The notes beneath the pieces were generated by a model. The model had not been told where the DNA came from, ran no database searches, and worked only from the letters and a program-made list of their open reading frames with translations. Below, piece after piece: positions 13,201 through 23,778 of a DNA stretch of 64,000 bases. Made by a program: the position numbers and the translations under genes. The DNA comes from Octopus bimaculoides (lineage: Eukaryota), in contig NC_068989.1 in the NCBI RefSeq assembly GCF_001194135.2, positions 277,182-341,181 of the forward strand, in the 5' to 3' direction. Each line of letters starts with the position of its first letter. Positions within the stretch are counted from its first letter, which is position 1.

Positions 13201-16200
13201 TTAATTGGTTTATTATTTTAGGCAGTTATATTTTGTTTTGCTAATCTGTTAATATCTGTTTTATAATCCATTTAATTATTGAACTCTTTAAACTGCAGAC
13301 TTTAAATCGCTACCAAGAAGAACTCTTTAAAGATCCCATTGTGCAAGTACATTTTCTAACTCTTTACGACAACCTGCTGGAGCAAAATCTTTGCCGAATT
13401 ATTGAACCATTTTCCAGAGTTCAGGTATGTTGTCGATTTATTTTTCTTTAGATTTGAATTTGTTATGGATGTTATCCTCAAGATCAGAGATTCGTCCTAC
13501 TCTGCAACACCTTGAGCAAATCTCTTCTCCTATAATCTCTTGTTGACCCAACCTTTGTGAGTGAAATTGAAGCATTTTCTGAAATATAATAGAAATATTA
13601 AATAACATATGTAGGGTGATACAAGATCTTGTCTATCTCTTCATTGGCATCACCTGACATATTTTGCCTAACTTTTCACCTGCATTATTTAAAGATCTTA
13701 AAAAAATAAAATGTCCATGTTTTTAATCCTGGAGATTTTACTATCCACTTTAACTAATAGAAAAGGCCATTTATGTCCTCTAGTTGTCCTGGTAGAAGAT
13801 AGTCCTCTAGTTGTCCTAGTAGAAGATAGTCGTTTCCATGCCATCTTCTCTCTATGATGGTTTTACATCATTTTCATTTTCATTTCTTTCTTTCAGATCA
13901 AGCGTATTGCAGAAATTATTAAATTATCACAGGTCAGTGTTTTTGTATATCATCATCATTTAACTTCTGCTTTTTATGCTGGTGTGAGTTGGATGGTTTG
14001 ACAGGAGCTGACAAATTAGATGTCACCAAGCTCTAGTGTCTGCTTTGACATGGTTTTTATGGCCGGACGCCCTTCCTAATACTGACCACTTTACAAAGTG
14101 TAGTGGGTACTTTTTGCACAGCACCAGTAGCAGTGAAGTCACCCAGTAACTTACAAAACAAGACCCCCCCTCATCTAAGGTGAGGGAGTTGTATTGAGGG
14201 ACAGAAATAGGTGTCTTGCACATCTATATAAACAGCTGTTTCTGGGGGCTCTGAATTACATAATAGTTTTAATATTGGCAGATGGAGTATGCGAAAAGTA
14301 ATGACTATGCAACCAGTAGTGGATAAATATAAACATTACTGTAAAGCAGGCTTCCATTTTCAGAGTGGAAAGATTGGCTAAGTAATTCTGATCCCCCAGA
14401 AACAGCTGTCAAACCTGAAGTACCATGCCCTCCTCCCTTAGTTTTCTCTATCTTTTTTACTCCATGTCAATTTGTTCTGTAAATATATAAATCTCTGTAT
14501 GTTTATACATGATTGTTCATCATCTAGATATTTTCAGTTTTTCTCTCTCTACATAAATACTCCTGTATATATATTCACATGTAAGAGATGGTATCAAAAA
14601 GTTCCTGTACGAGTTACATTTAATAAGAAAAATAACTTATTTATGTAAGTTTTAACATCATCTCCTTTGAAATAGTCACCTTGCGCATCAATACACCAGT
14701 CTCAGCATTCTTGCCACTTTTGGAATCTAGCCTGGAAGTTGTTTTCCATAAGTGAGTCAATGACCTTCTGCGATTCACTCAAAGGTGTTAAAATAGCAGC
14801 CTTTGAGCTGCATTTTCATCATGGGGAAGAAATTGAAGTCTACAGGTGCTAAATCTGGCAAATAGGACAGGTGTTTTTGGTGAGAAAGTCACTAGTGAGG
14901 TGATCTTGGTGACAAGGTGTATTGTTGTCATGAAGAATCCAATTCTTTGTGCTCCACAGATCCAGTTACTTGCGCTAAATGCCCTCAACCACTCAGAGGC
15001 TTCAAAACGTTGCAATAGAACTCTCGATTGACAGTCTGGCCCTGGGGGACAAATTCTCAAAGCACAATACCACATTTCTTGGGGTGGTACAGGTCTTCTA
15101 GGGATCTTCTTCCACTTTTGAAGTGCCCTGTGCTACTTGAAACATTGCATAGAACTCATCACTGTAAGCTTTCCAAAGCATGCTTAATGTCTCTGTAGCA
15201 GGCTTTCTAAGTTTAATGCAAAATTTCACATTGGCTCTTTGTTCCTGTTCATGATAAAAATTGCAGACTACAGCAGACATGTGATCCCAAATTTCACAAC
15301 TTGCGAAGTAAACACAACAGTGTCACTCAACACACTGCTTCATGAAGGTAACTGCTAGCTCTCATTGTGCGTGCATCTGATGGTGCGCTACAGAACTAGC
15401 CTGGGAACGTTTTGATACCACCTTGTGTGTGTGTGGTTCATATATCAAGCCCAAGCATGTTGTTTGTTTGTGTCATTATCTCCATTTGTTCACACACACA
15501 CACATTTGTATAATGTACATTAAGATTTGGCCTTAATTCTTTCTGCTACTGGATTTGCTTGAATAAAGGTATAAATCTTTCTGTTTTTTCAGGTTTGAGG
15601 GTACCTTAAAATAGATGAGATGAAGTACATATAAAAATATGAGAAACTTTTTAAGAACTAAAATATAAATCTTAACTTATACTTGTCCATGTTTGAAGTA
15701 CTTTTATATTCTCTTGTGAATTTAAAGATTTTCTTTTATTCTTGTAGAATGAAGTTGAGAAGAATCTGTCAAAGATGATCTTGGATCGAAAACTGCATGG
15801 TAACTGGTTTGCTATATACCTTTTTTACTTTCCATGTGCAATAAGATTTATTTAAAAGAAGCCTGCAATTTTAGAAATGCTTTCTTGGGTGGTAAATGTC
15901 TGTGATTCTGCAGAACTAGGAAGATACAGTACATGTGTTAAGACTTGTGGAATTGTTGCATAAAGCTGAAATATTGGCAATGAAAGCAGAAACAGCCACA
16001 CTAATTGCAAAAGAACAAATTTCATCCCAGAATCGAATCATTAAAGTGAGTTGGGAACAGAGAGCATTCAATTCAAATTGCAACTTCTGTTTTTTTTAGT
16101 TATCATGTTGTGCTAAGTTATTGATTAGCTGAGTCAGCCATCTGGTATCAATATTCTGGTATCAATATTCAGTTGTAGCTAATTCACTTCACCTTATACC

Positions 16201-16607
16201 ACAAATGAATCTCTGAGCCAAGTTGTAGCCACTGAACATCATAGAATTTGGTTTCTTTTACTTATTATCATCATCATTGTTTAACGTCTGCTTTCCATTC
16301 TGGCATGGGTTGGACATGTAAAAATATATTTGACATCACCTAAAAACTACATGAAGCACATATCATTCCACAAAATCTGTTAGACTTATGTGGAAGTAGT
16401 TTGAAACTAAGCAAATGCATTATATTATTTGCTAATAAAACTTCTTTTTGTTTGTTAATTACAGGAATTTTGGATCAAGGAGCAGGTGTTCTAATAGTTT
16501 TTGATGAGACCCCTGTGGACCAGACATATGGTAACGCTCTGGAAACTATTCAAAATATGGGCAAAGTAGTTGATGCTCTTTACCACAAAGCAAAAAAACT
16601 CACATAA
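957..16607 (+). CDS. PSMD11: 26S proteasome non-ATPase regulatory subunit 11 (Rpn6), complete 13-exon gene, 423 aa
   Basis: join(957-1053,3716-3814,5194-5318,6178-6249,8076-8133,9343-9454,10781-10863,11243-11387,11786-11909,13299-13424,13897-13932,15748-15799,16465-16607) = 1272 nt, open frame, all GT-AG. The translation contains Rpn6 hallmarks [96 protein letters not shown] and the C-terminus LYHKAKKLT. Confidence 0.97.
1116..1126. promoter_or_regulatory. Candidate CNC-sMaf (Nrf1/Nrf2/NF-E2) antioxidant response element in PSMD11 intron 1
   Basis: TGCTGACTCAC is an exact match to the NF-E2/ARE consensus TGCTGA(G/C)TCA(T/C), 62 bp after the exon 1 donor. Confidence 0.5.
1271..1668 (-). mobile_element. 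Near full-length tRNA-derived SINE (family A) in PSMD11 intron 1
   Basis: Minus strand reads GGCGTAGGAGTGGCTGTGT...GGTTCAGTCCCA (A/B-box-like head), has an internal (TA)n tract and a tandem AAAAGAGG/T tail. Homologous copies occur at 5480, 7687, 23556, 33372 and 39270. Confidence 0.85.
2052..2268. mobile_element. hAT (Charlie-like) MITE, interrupted by a gap
   Basis: Perfect 16-bp TIRs CAGTGGTTCCCAACCT (2052-2067 and 2253-2268). The flanking 8-mers both have a central TA but are not identical. Confidence 0.7.
2404..2431. repeat. Interstitial telomere-type repeat (CCCTAA)4
   Basis: aaccctaaccctaaccctaaccctaacc. Confidence 0.85.
3716..3814 (+). CDS. PSMD11: PSMD11 exon 2
   Basis: cccag acceptor, gtaagt donor, phase 1-1; [33 protein letters not shown]. 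Confidence 0.9.
4113..4342. mobile_element. piggyBac-type MITE
   Basis: TTAA-CCCTTT ... AAAGGG-TTAA termini, i.e. a TTAA duplication with CCC/GGG ends. Confidence 0.65.
5194..5318 (+). CDS. PSMD11: PSMD11 exon 3
   Basis: tgtag/gtaatg; [42 protein letters not shown]. Confidence 0.96.
5480..5665 (-). mobile_element. Degenerate family A SINE fragment
   Basis: ggtacttattc...caaaccgtaaagttacagggac...gtagaagacacttgcccaag aligns to the copy at 1271-1668. Confidence 0.7.
6178..6249 (+). CDS. PSMD11: PSMD11 exon 4
   Basis: cttag/gtgagt; [24 protein letters not shown]. Confidence 0.96.
6640..7340 (-). mobile_element. Tc1/mariner-superfamily (maT/DD37D-like) transposon remnant, 5' part, in PSMD11 intron 4
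   Basis: TIR-like CAGGGTGTCCCAGAAAG at 7340-7324. Decayed transposase from an ATG at about 7189: [14 protein letters not shown]...KPIFGRKQI...NPCRSARK...[23 protein letters not shown]...[17 protein letters not shown], with stops and frameshifts. Confidence 0.75.
7687..7727 (+). mobile_element. Isolated family A SINE head
   Basis: aggcgcaggagtggctgtgtggtaagtagcttgcttaccaa, nearly identical to 33372-33411. Confidence 0.75.
8076..8133 (+). CDS. PSMD11: PSMD11 exon 5
   Basis: tgtag/gtaagt; [19 protein letters not shown]. Confidence 0.95.
8477..8682 (-). mobile_element. RTE-type LINE/SINE 3' end with (GAT)n tail
   Basis: catcatcatcgtttaatgtccgctttccat...cagctggatgcccttcctaatgccaac. Related copies at about 13949-14222, 16265-16318, 18144-18270, 36903-37146 (all -) and 37660-37712 (+). 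Confidence 0.7.
9343..9454 (+). CDS. PSMD11: PSMD11 exon 6
   Basis: tacag/gtaaat; [38 protein letters not shown]. Confidence 0.96.
9708..10330 (+). mobile_element. Penelope-like element reverse transcriptase remnant in PSMD11 intron 6
   Basis: Decayed translation [28 protein letters not shown]...[15 protein letters not shown]...LLKAL...[13 protein letters not shown]...DDLA...[31 protein letters not shown] matches PLE RT motifs (FDIxxFYPSI, YRDDGLA, VNFLDV) from memory; multiple stops. Confidence 0.75.
10781..10863 (+). CDS. PSMD11: PSMD11 exon 7
   Basis: tcaag/gtaagt; [27 protein letters not shown]. Confidence 0.96.
11243..11387 (+). CDS. PSMD11: PSMD11 exon 8
   Basis: tgcag/gtaagt; [48 protein letters not shown]. 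Confidence 0.96.
11786..11909 (+). CDS. PSMD11: PSMD11 exon 9
   Basis: cttag/gtgagg; [41 protein letters not shown]. Confidence 0.96.
13299..13424 (+). CDS. PSMD11: PSMD11 exon 10
   Basis: tgcag/gtatgt; [42 protein letters not shown]. Confidence 0.96.
13897..13932 (+). CDS. PSMD11: PSMD11 exon 11 (36 nt)
   Basis: long pyrimidine tract ending ttcag, donor gtcagt; [12 protein letters not shown]. Confidence 0.93.
13949..14222 (-). mobile_element. RTE-type 3'-end repeat copy in PSMD11 intron 11
   Basis: Homologous to the 8477 copy (catcatcatttaac...ggttttt.tggccggacgcccttcctaat). Confidence 0.6.
14583..15427 (-). mobile_element. Internally deleted mariner element with both TIRs, PSMD11 intron 11
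   Basis: TIRs gatggtatcaaaaagttcc (about 14587-14605) and ggaacgttttgataccacc (about 15404-15422). Minus-strand transposase relics [43 protein letters not shown] and [21 protein letters not shown]. Confidence 0.85.
15748..15799 (+). CDS. PSMD11: PSMD11 exon 12
   Basis: tgtag/gtaact; [17 protein letters not shown]. Confidence 0.94.
16465..16607 (+). CDS. PSMD11: PSMD11 exon 13 (terminal)
   Basis: tacag acceptor; [47 protein letters not shown] then TAA. Confidence 0.97.
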
Positions 16608-16761
16608 ACTTATTTTCAATTTTTAGTATTTTTTTTTTTTAAATATCCACTTCCATAACATGTAATTACCTTTTCATTTGTGTCTAGAATTTTGTGTAAT
16701 GTTGCTTTTCCAAAATATTCTATTGTTACAGTATTTAATTATGAAACAACAAAAATAGGCA

Positions 16762-16767
16762 AATAAA
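16762..16767 (+). terminator. Candidate PSMD11 polyadenylation signal
   Basis: AATAAA about 155 nt after the stop codon; a motif match only in AT-rich DNA. Confidence 0.35.
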
Positions 16768-19700
16768 CAAGAAATATTCAGCCTCCAGCCTGTTTCATAT
16801 TTGTATATATTTTTCTTGCTTTATTTCTGTCTGTATTATTTTGATCATTCTGAATATTTTCATCTGCAAGACAGATGGGGACTACTAAGTTAAGGAGATG
16901 AACAATGGCCTGTACAAGATCAGGGAAAGAAATTGTGTTAGGACTAGTAATATACCCATCAACATGATACAAAACTCTGTTTATCTTTATTTGCTTGGAT
17001 GAGAAGTTTCAATTCTGCTTAAGGATTGTACAGTTAATATAACAAAGGGCATGCAGCTTCTATAAAAGCATCCCACTCAGAATTAAAACTAGGAAAGAAA
17101 AATCTGAAGATTTAGAAGTAACTACTTTGGCTGAATGGCATTATTCTGTGTATGCAAAACTTTTAGTAAATCCTATAAGTTTATTTGCTTTGCTTAGTCT
17201 TGGTTAGTATAAGGAAAATTATTTAGCTGTTCACTAAGAATATGGAAATGTCTAGCTACACAAGATATTATCTGGCCTTTATTGCTGTATAAAAAAAAAT
17301 AAACGAACAGTATGTTAACTACTGAATTGTAACCAGTTTTAGCTTAGCATACCTTATGTTGGTTTCACATATTGGATCTACTGCAAAAAGAATGCCAGGC
17401 TAACTGTTTTTTTTTTCTCTAACTTCAGATTTTTCTGGGTTAAGTTTGTCTTTCACGTTCCAGTAATAATGTCATTTGATCATAAGTATGTGGATACAAC
17501 ATGAATCATCATTTCAAAGTAACTTTTTAGCTCACTGTAATGAAGCATTTTTTGTTATGTAAGGTGTGTGGAACCCAGAATCTGATTGATCTGACTTCCC
17601 AGTGAGTATTTATTTCAAGGTTTTAACAATGAAGAGCTACTAGCAATATAAAGGCAGGTTTTAAGAAGGCTGTTATTGAAATAGCATCAGTATGCTTAAC
17701 AAGCATGCGGGCATCTTGTGTTTGTAAGAAAAAGAAGAATATCAATGTGTTGAGTGGGTGCTGTCACTCTGCTAGAACCTACTTGCAGTATGAAACTCCA
17801 GCACCACAGATATGGATATATAAGATTGCAAACTGCTTTATACTTTAGGTTTTAAAAAATCTCAACTGTGCCATCCAACAGGTCAAGTGACTATTTACAA
17901 GTCACTTGTTAACGAATCTTTAATTAAAGAAAGTTCAAACGTATCCAAGAATTCATTGCTCTCTTCACTGATTGACATGCATCATATCACTGGATAATGT
18001 GTACCTCTTGTTGAGGCAATCCAGAAATGCAATACTTGAGAATGGGTCTAGGTCCGTCCTTGTTCTTGTTTTAATAGATAATTCAAAGTGAACATTTGTA
18101 ACATTTCAGCTAAGTCACTACAATGAATTGGTTCTATACTGGTTATCATCATCATCATATTTGCTTTCCATGCTGACATGGTTTGGATGATCGGACAGGA
18201 TTTTATGGATCAGAAGACTGCATTTGGCTCCATTGTCTCAGTTTTGGTACAGTTTCTGTGGCTAATTCAGTGCTTTATCATAGCATTGACACTAATGCGG
18301 TTGCTCTGTAACTTATAAGACTGAAAGGGAGACTTGGAGATAGAGGGGTTGCTTTATGTGAAGTATTGAAAGTTTAAAATATGATGGGAAGAGCAGCTAG
18401 ATTTATTGTTGTGAGGAAGATTCATGACTATCTTGCATTTTAGGTGGGTTTGGGGTGATGAGGTGACGGAATGTACCCTGAAGATAACATGCTCAAAAGG
18501 GTGAATGGCAAAGAATGTAGAGACAGAACAATCAGGAAAAGAGGGGTAAATTTACAAGAGTGAAAGATAGAAACATGAGGTAATCAGATGTACATGGGTT
18601 GATAGTAAATAGAAGTGGGTGGTACAGTAATAACACTGATAGATTGTGATATGTAGTAAGAAGTTTTGTCTTCGTTAATTACAGAAGCAAAATAATATAG
18701 TTGATAGGAGAGTGATAGGCCAAGCTAGCATGTTTTTTAATTTTTTTTTACTAAACTCTAGCCATATCTAAAAAGAATATGATGCATAAAAATAAAAATT
18801 GTTTTGTAGTTAGTAGATCAGCAAGTTTGAGAACATCTCAGAAGACTTGAATTCTTTCGGGACTTGAAATACATGTCCCATATGGTCTAACCTACAAACT
18901 TAGTGGGGAAATATGTCTTCTAAAAAGTAATATCATTTCATGATTGAATGGTTGGCAACAGGATGAGCAATATGCTGTAAGACATCAGCCATGAGTTAAT
19001 GAGAGGTCAGTCGATCTGCTAAAAGTAGCAACCAGACCTCTCAAATCACACTACTGTCATAGATAAAGAACTCATTTGACAATGAAGGCCATGATACACT
19101 AAAAGTTATGGTTGGAACATCATTGATCAAAGATGCTAAAGCCATACAATACTCGGTACAGGTCTTCTATATAAAACCATCTCCTATGTCTTAGCATATA
19201 GAATGAAAGAAAGAAAAACAGTTTGTTTAAACTATGCTACATGTATTTTCAATGAAGGGAAACCTTGGTTTCATCTGCATGAAACTGAAGATGACTCTTC
19301 TTGACAAAAGTGAAGAATCTTCCTAGTATCTAACGACATCTATTTCAGACTACATTTCAAGACGATCTACTTCCACTACTTGCATAGAATTATATTTGTG
19401 CAAAACCAACAAACTGTAGAAACACACTGAACATTACGTAACAGTTCAAGACTTTATCCACCTGCACATTTTTGCATCTATGCACTTTTATGGTCTATAG
19501 AAGAATGCTCAAAATAGATAAGTTTTCCTTAGTTTACACAATATCATTCCTATGATTACATTGAATAATGGGTGATTGTGATTTGAATGCTTTTCCATAA
19601 TGTGCTTACTTGTTCTACAACTAAATAACTAACAACAATGATGATGATGATGTGTGTGTGTGTGAACTAGCAATTCAGTATCAGATCCAGGACATTTTAT

Positions 19701-21166
19701 TTCATATATTACTAATTCTCATTGTATTGACTCCAGAAACAAGTAAGGCTACATTGATCAGAGCAGGATTTCAATGGGATTTGGTTAATGCAGCAGAATA
19801 CATGGCACAATCTGAATGTTTCTTTATTTTGTTTTTATACTTTTATCAAAGATGTACACTTACACTATTATATCAAGGACAAAAGAAGGTAATGAAAAAA
19901 AAATAAATAAAAGTAGAATTCAATTACAAAACTGAATTTACCTGGAATGTCGTAAGCACAGCACTTAGCATCACTGGAAACAGTTGCTACCAACTTTCAA
20001 GAAACTTAAGACACCTGCTTTAAAATTTTTGTACTGGCAAATATGCAGACCCACTTATTAAGACAAACAGTTTATTTCAAAGTAATTTTCTTTGAAAATT
20101 GCTATCTTTTTATGTCTTCAGATTGAATTCAAGTCTGTGTCTTTAAAATGGTGCTATCAATATGATACTCCCCAACTAATAAAGATGGTTGAGACTGCAC
20201 TTTCACAATCATCATATTATAGCAGTAAAAAAGGGGAAAAAGTGATCAACTTGTGTGGCGTGAATGTTTGGTATTTCAGGCAGAAATTACGTTGAAGAAA
20301 TGTAAAACATGTTGGAAGACTGTAAGTTGAGAAGACAAAATGGGCACAGAGAAAGTGACCAGGCATTTAGTAAGTCAAAGTAAAATCTGAAAAAATGTGG
20401 TTAGATATGAAAATTACCATCATGCTTCACCTCATTAAGCTGTATTAATACATACTTACATACCAATATTCTCATTTGTACCTATCATTATAGATGAATT
20501 AGATTATGTTCCAACAAATGGGCACAAAAACTTTAAAATACTCGGTTTCATGGAGAAAGAGCAGAAGAAACTGATGAGGATTCTCCAAATCCAATCTATA
20601 AGATTTGTTAGACATTCCAAAAATTCTCCATTTCAGATTCCTCTGTGAATAAATGCAAATACTTGGGTGTCTGTATTGACAGCTGAGCCAACTCGACCAC
20701 ATATTTACAAACACTGAGAACTCTCTGAACTCAAATAAGTCTTATTGCTTTGATTAGCAGCTGGTTTGAACCTTCTCACGAAGAACTTAAACTGAAAAAA
20801 AAAAATCATACATACATGTGTGTAACTGAAAGGCAAAATGAATGCTTTGATTTGAACAGCAAAAGATACATTTGTAAAGAGAAGGAAATGAAAATGAAGA
20901 ACTGTTTGCAACAAAATAAACCAGAATTTTATACTCTGAAGGTTTACTTAAACAGCAATAAATACTTTTTTTAGACTCTAAACTGGAATTTTATAACTGA
21001 GAATGGTTCCTTGTTTATTATACACCTGCAATATCTGCCTGGAAACTTGTCATTTCCCTGTCAGATATATTTATATATATATATATATATCTGGATACAG
21101 TCATATATATATATATATATATATATAAAAGTATTGTTTCATTGTTTAAGTGATGTTGAATTACTT

Positions 21167-22453
21167 TCAGCATGTACTCATCATCTGTTCATGCATTTCT
21201 TTGATAATGACATAATCTTTGAGAGCACGAGGAACTGGAAGATCTTCAGCATTTTGAACTATCTTGTGACCAAGGCGTTTGCGAATACATTTGCGGCACA
21301 AGACTTGTAGAGATGTGACAGTTTGCAACTTTTTCCGAAGCCACTGAACTACAGCCTCTGTGTCATTGACTCGTGTGGGAAAGTAGTTTGTATAGAAGTA
21401 CATCCTGGCACTGAAATCAAGATAACCAAATCTTGCTAAAAGACGACACATTTCAAAATTACCCTTCTCTGCAGCAATCTGAAACAAAGATTTGTATATT
21501 CCATCCGAGTAATATTTCCCAGGTACTTCAAGGTCACAGTTGTGTTCAATCATCATTTGAATGATTTCAATTTTATTAGATATCACTGCATCATATGCAG
21601 CTGTCTCTCCCTGATGGTTATAAATATCATGCTGACTACCAGCTGCCAGTAGTAGTCTCACAACAGATGTATAGTTTCTTCGGATAGCAATGTGCAGTGC
21701 TGTGTCACCAGTTTTGAATTCTCTCCGGTTCAAGTCACAGTTGACTCTGATCAATAAAGCAACTGCCTCTTTCTGGTTGTAACAGACAGCTTCCATACAT
21801 GGAGTACGTCCCCAATAGTTCTGAACATCTACTTGGCTCCCTGACGCCATCAGAAGATCAATGATATCTGTTCCACCGTTGCGTGCAGCATAGTGAAGCG
21901 CCATGTCACTATTCCGATCAGTAATATTCAGTTTACAATTGGCACGAATTAATTTTAAAACAGCATCTGTTTTGGTATTTCGAACAGCTTTCATAAGTGG
22001 AGTTTTGGATGTAATATCTTGAGAGTCAACATCAGCCCCCCGTCGGATGAGCACATCCAAGATTTGACAATAGCCATCATCTGCAGCATAGTGGCATGGA
22101 GAATTGCCAAATGTATCTTTTACATCAAGTTTAGCTTTGGCTCCAATTAGAAGGATCATACAGGCCATTCGGTGTTTAAGAACTGCAAAGTGTAAAGCTG
22201 TCCTTCGAAGAGTTGTTGTCGTTTGGTTGACATCACATTTAGACTCTATCAAATATTGTAACATATAAGTATATCCACGATACGATGTTAGATGAATAGG
22301 ACACAAATCAGCATGGTTCTTTTTGCGGACCTCAACAAATTTAGCATTGAGATCAATTTTATATTGTGCAACGAGACGCTTCAACTGAGCAAGTTCGTTG
22401 TTTAAGACTGCATCATAAAAATCTAAACCAGCCATTTGTGTGCGAAGCAACAT
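21167..22453 (-). CDS. Ankyrin repeat and SOCS box-containing protein (ASB family, probable ElonginBC-Cullin5 substrate receptor), 428 aa, single coding exon
   Basis: Tandem ankyrin repeats (CPIHLTSYRG, RTALHFAV, NSPCHYAADDG, KTPLMKAV, DMALHYAARNG, RTPCMEAV, DTALHIAIRRN, ETAAYDAV). C-terminal SOCS box with BC-box TSLQVLCRKCIRKRL and Cul5-box LPVP. The start could be Met1 or the Met at residue 7 (MAGLDF). Confidence 0.93.
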   Translation of the reverse strand: MLLRTQMAGLDFYDAVLNNELAQLKRLVAQYKIDLNAKFVEVRKKNHADLCPIHLTSYRGYTYMLQYLIESKCDVNQTTTTLRRTALHFAVLKHRMACMILLIGAKAKLDVKDTFGNSPCHYAADDGYCQILDVLIRRGADVDSQDITSKTPLMKAVRNTKTDAVLKLIRANCKLNITDRNSDMALHYAARNGGTDIIDLLMASGSQVDVQNYWGRTPCMEAVCYNQKEAVALLIRVNCDLNRREFKTGDTALHIAIRRNYTSVVRLLLAAGSQHDIYNHQGETAAYDAVISNKIEIIQMMIEHNCDLEVPGKYYSDGIYKSLFQIAAEKGNFEMCRLLARFGYLDFSARMYFYTNYFPTRVNDTEAVVQWLRKKLQTVTSLQVLCRKCIRKRLGHKIVQNAEDLPVPRALKDYVIIKEMHEQMMSTC

Positions 22454-23555
22454 TTTTGGTGATGGGGGAAGTTGTTCCGACCTGATAATTCTTTTGATGT
22501 CAATAAATCACAACTGATTTCTGGAATTTGAAATTAATGCTACATCGTGATTTGGTTTACAGTATTATGTCGATGTATTTGTTTTAAGGACCCTAATTGT
22601 TGGTCGACATCAGTCAACGTTCAACACTGACCAACTGGGGTTTTTTTGGACATAACAGCGTGGCATACAATATCGAAGAAAATAACTGTCGAAATATAAA
22701 CATAGGTTATCGAAGATATTGCAGAATCGGGGCAAATATTTGTCTGTTGTACAACGTATGTGTGTGCATGGGAAGATGAAAAAAATGTTTTTCTTCCGAA
22801 TGAATGCCCAGTTTGTTTGTTATGTTTGATTCATTCATTTGTTTGTTTACGAAAACAGCAAACTATAAGGAACAGAAGGCAAAAAGCATTGTGAAAAATT
22901 GAATCGAGAGACATCTATTGATATAAAAACGAATTAATAAACGAAAACTAAACAGTATTTGTATGATTTAGTGCAAAAAACTTTGGACGAGAGAAGAACA
23001 GATTGTGGAATAAGAGTCGGGTTTGAATTGTCAACAATTGACGGTGAGGATATTTCGTAAAGAATCCTTACCACACTTCTTGTCGTACATCATTGCTTAT
23101 GACAGGGATTTAAGAAAAAACTTACACATTTTAATGTGGCTTGACGGACAAGAGTTTTTTCTGCTCAGTCTGTATGCCACGGTTGGATTGGGTGCCTGGA
23201 GACAGCAGCAACAATTAAGGGAAATCTTGTTAAATACTGCAATGGTAGATGATACGGCATTGTAGGTGGAGACAAATATATTCTGTGTGACAGTGATTTC
23301 TTTCCAGAACGACATCCATTCATAATATGATAGTGAGATTAGACGTAGTCATCAGCGAAACACGTTTCCATTCATAAACTGTGAAATTAACAATTTATTA
23401 TTATAATGACTGACAATTGGGAACGAGGCATTAGCTCCATAGCGTCATTAAGGGAGCTAAATCTCACTTAGGACTGTCGGTGCTCTCCCCTGATTATTAA
23501 TATATTTCTTGGAGTTTGGCTTCAGATGAGCTCAGATCAATACTCTCTCTCTCTC

Positions 23556-23778
23556 ACTTTTACTCTTTTACTTGTTTCAGTCATTTGACTGTCGCCATGC
23601 TGGAGCACCGCCTTTAGTCGAGCGAATCGACCTCAGGACTTATTGTTTATAAGCCTAGTACTTATTCTATCGGTCTCTTTTTGCCGAACCGCTAATTACG
23701 GGGACGTAAACACACCAGCATAGGTTGTCAAGCGATGGTGGGAGGACAAACACAGACACACAAACATATATATATATA
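23556..23778 (-). mobile_element. Family A SINE 3' half, running into the gap at 23779-24595
   Basis: tactcttttacttgtttcagtcatttgactg...acacagacac(ta)n, close match to 1271-1500. Confidence 0.85.

Noticed and set aside
13775-16170. Short tandem duplications (27 bp at about 13775-13830; 14 bp at 16141-16168)
   Set aside because: Two-copy intronic slippage events with no sign of function.
16778-16972. Protein-like 64-aa minus-strand ORF overlapping the PSMD11 3' UTR, with a plausible acceptor (cttgtacag)
   Set aside because: No recognisable homology, no partner exons found, an in-frame stop just upstream, and a length within chance expectation.
23097-23315. 72-aa minus-strand ORF upstream of the ASB gene (possible uORF or first exon)
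   Set aside because: It stops before the candidate donor at 23071 and has no domain signal. TSS position is unknown, so a uORF call is unsupported.
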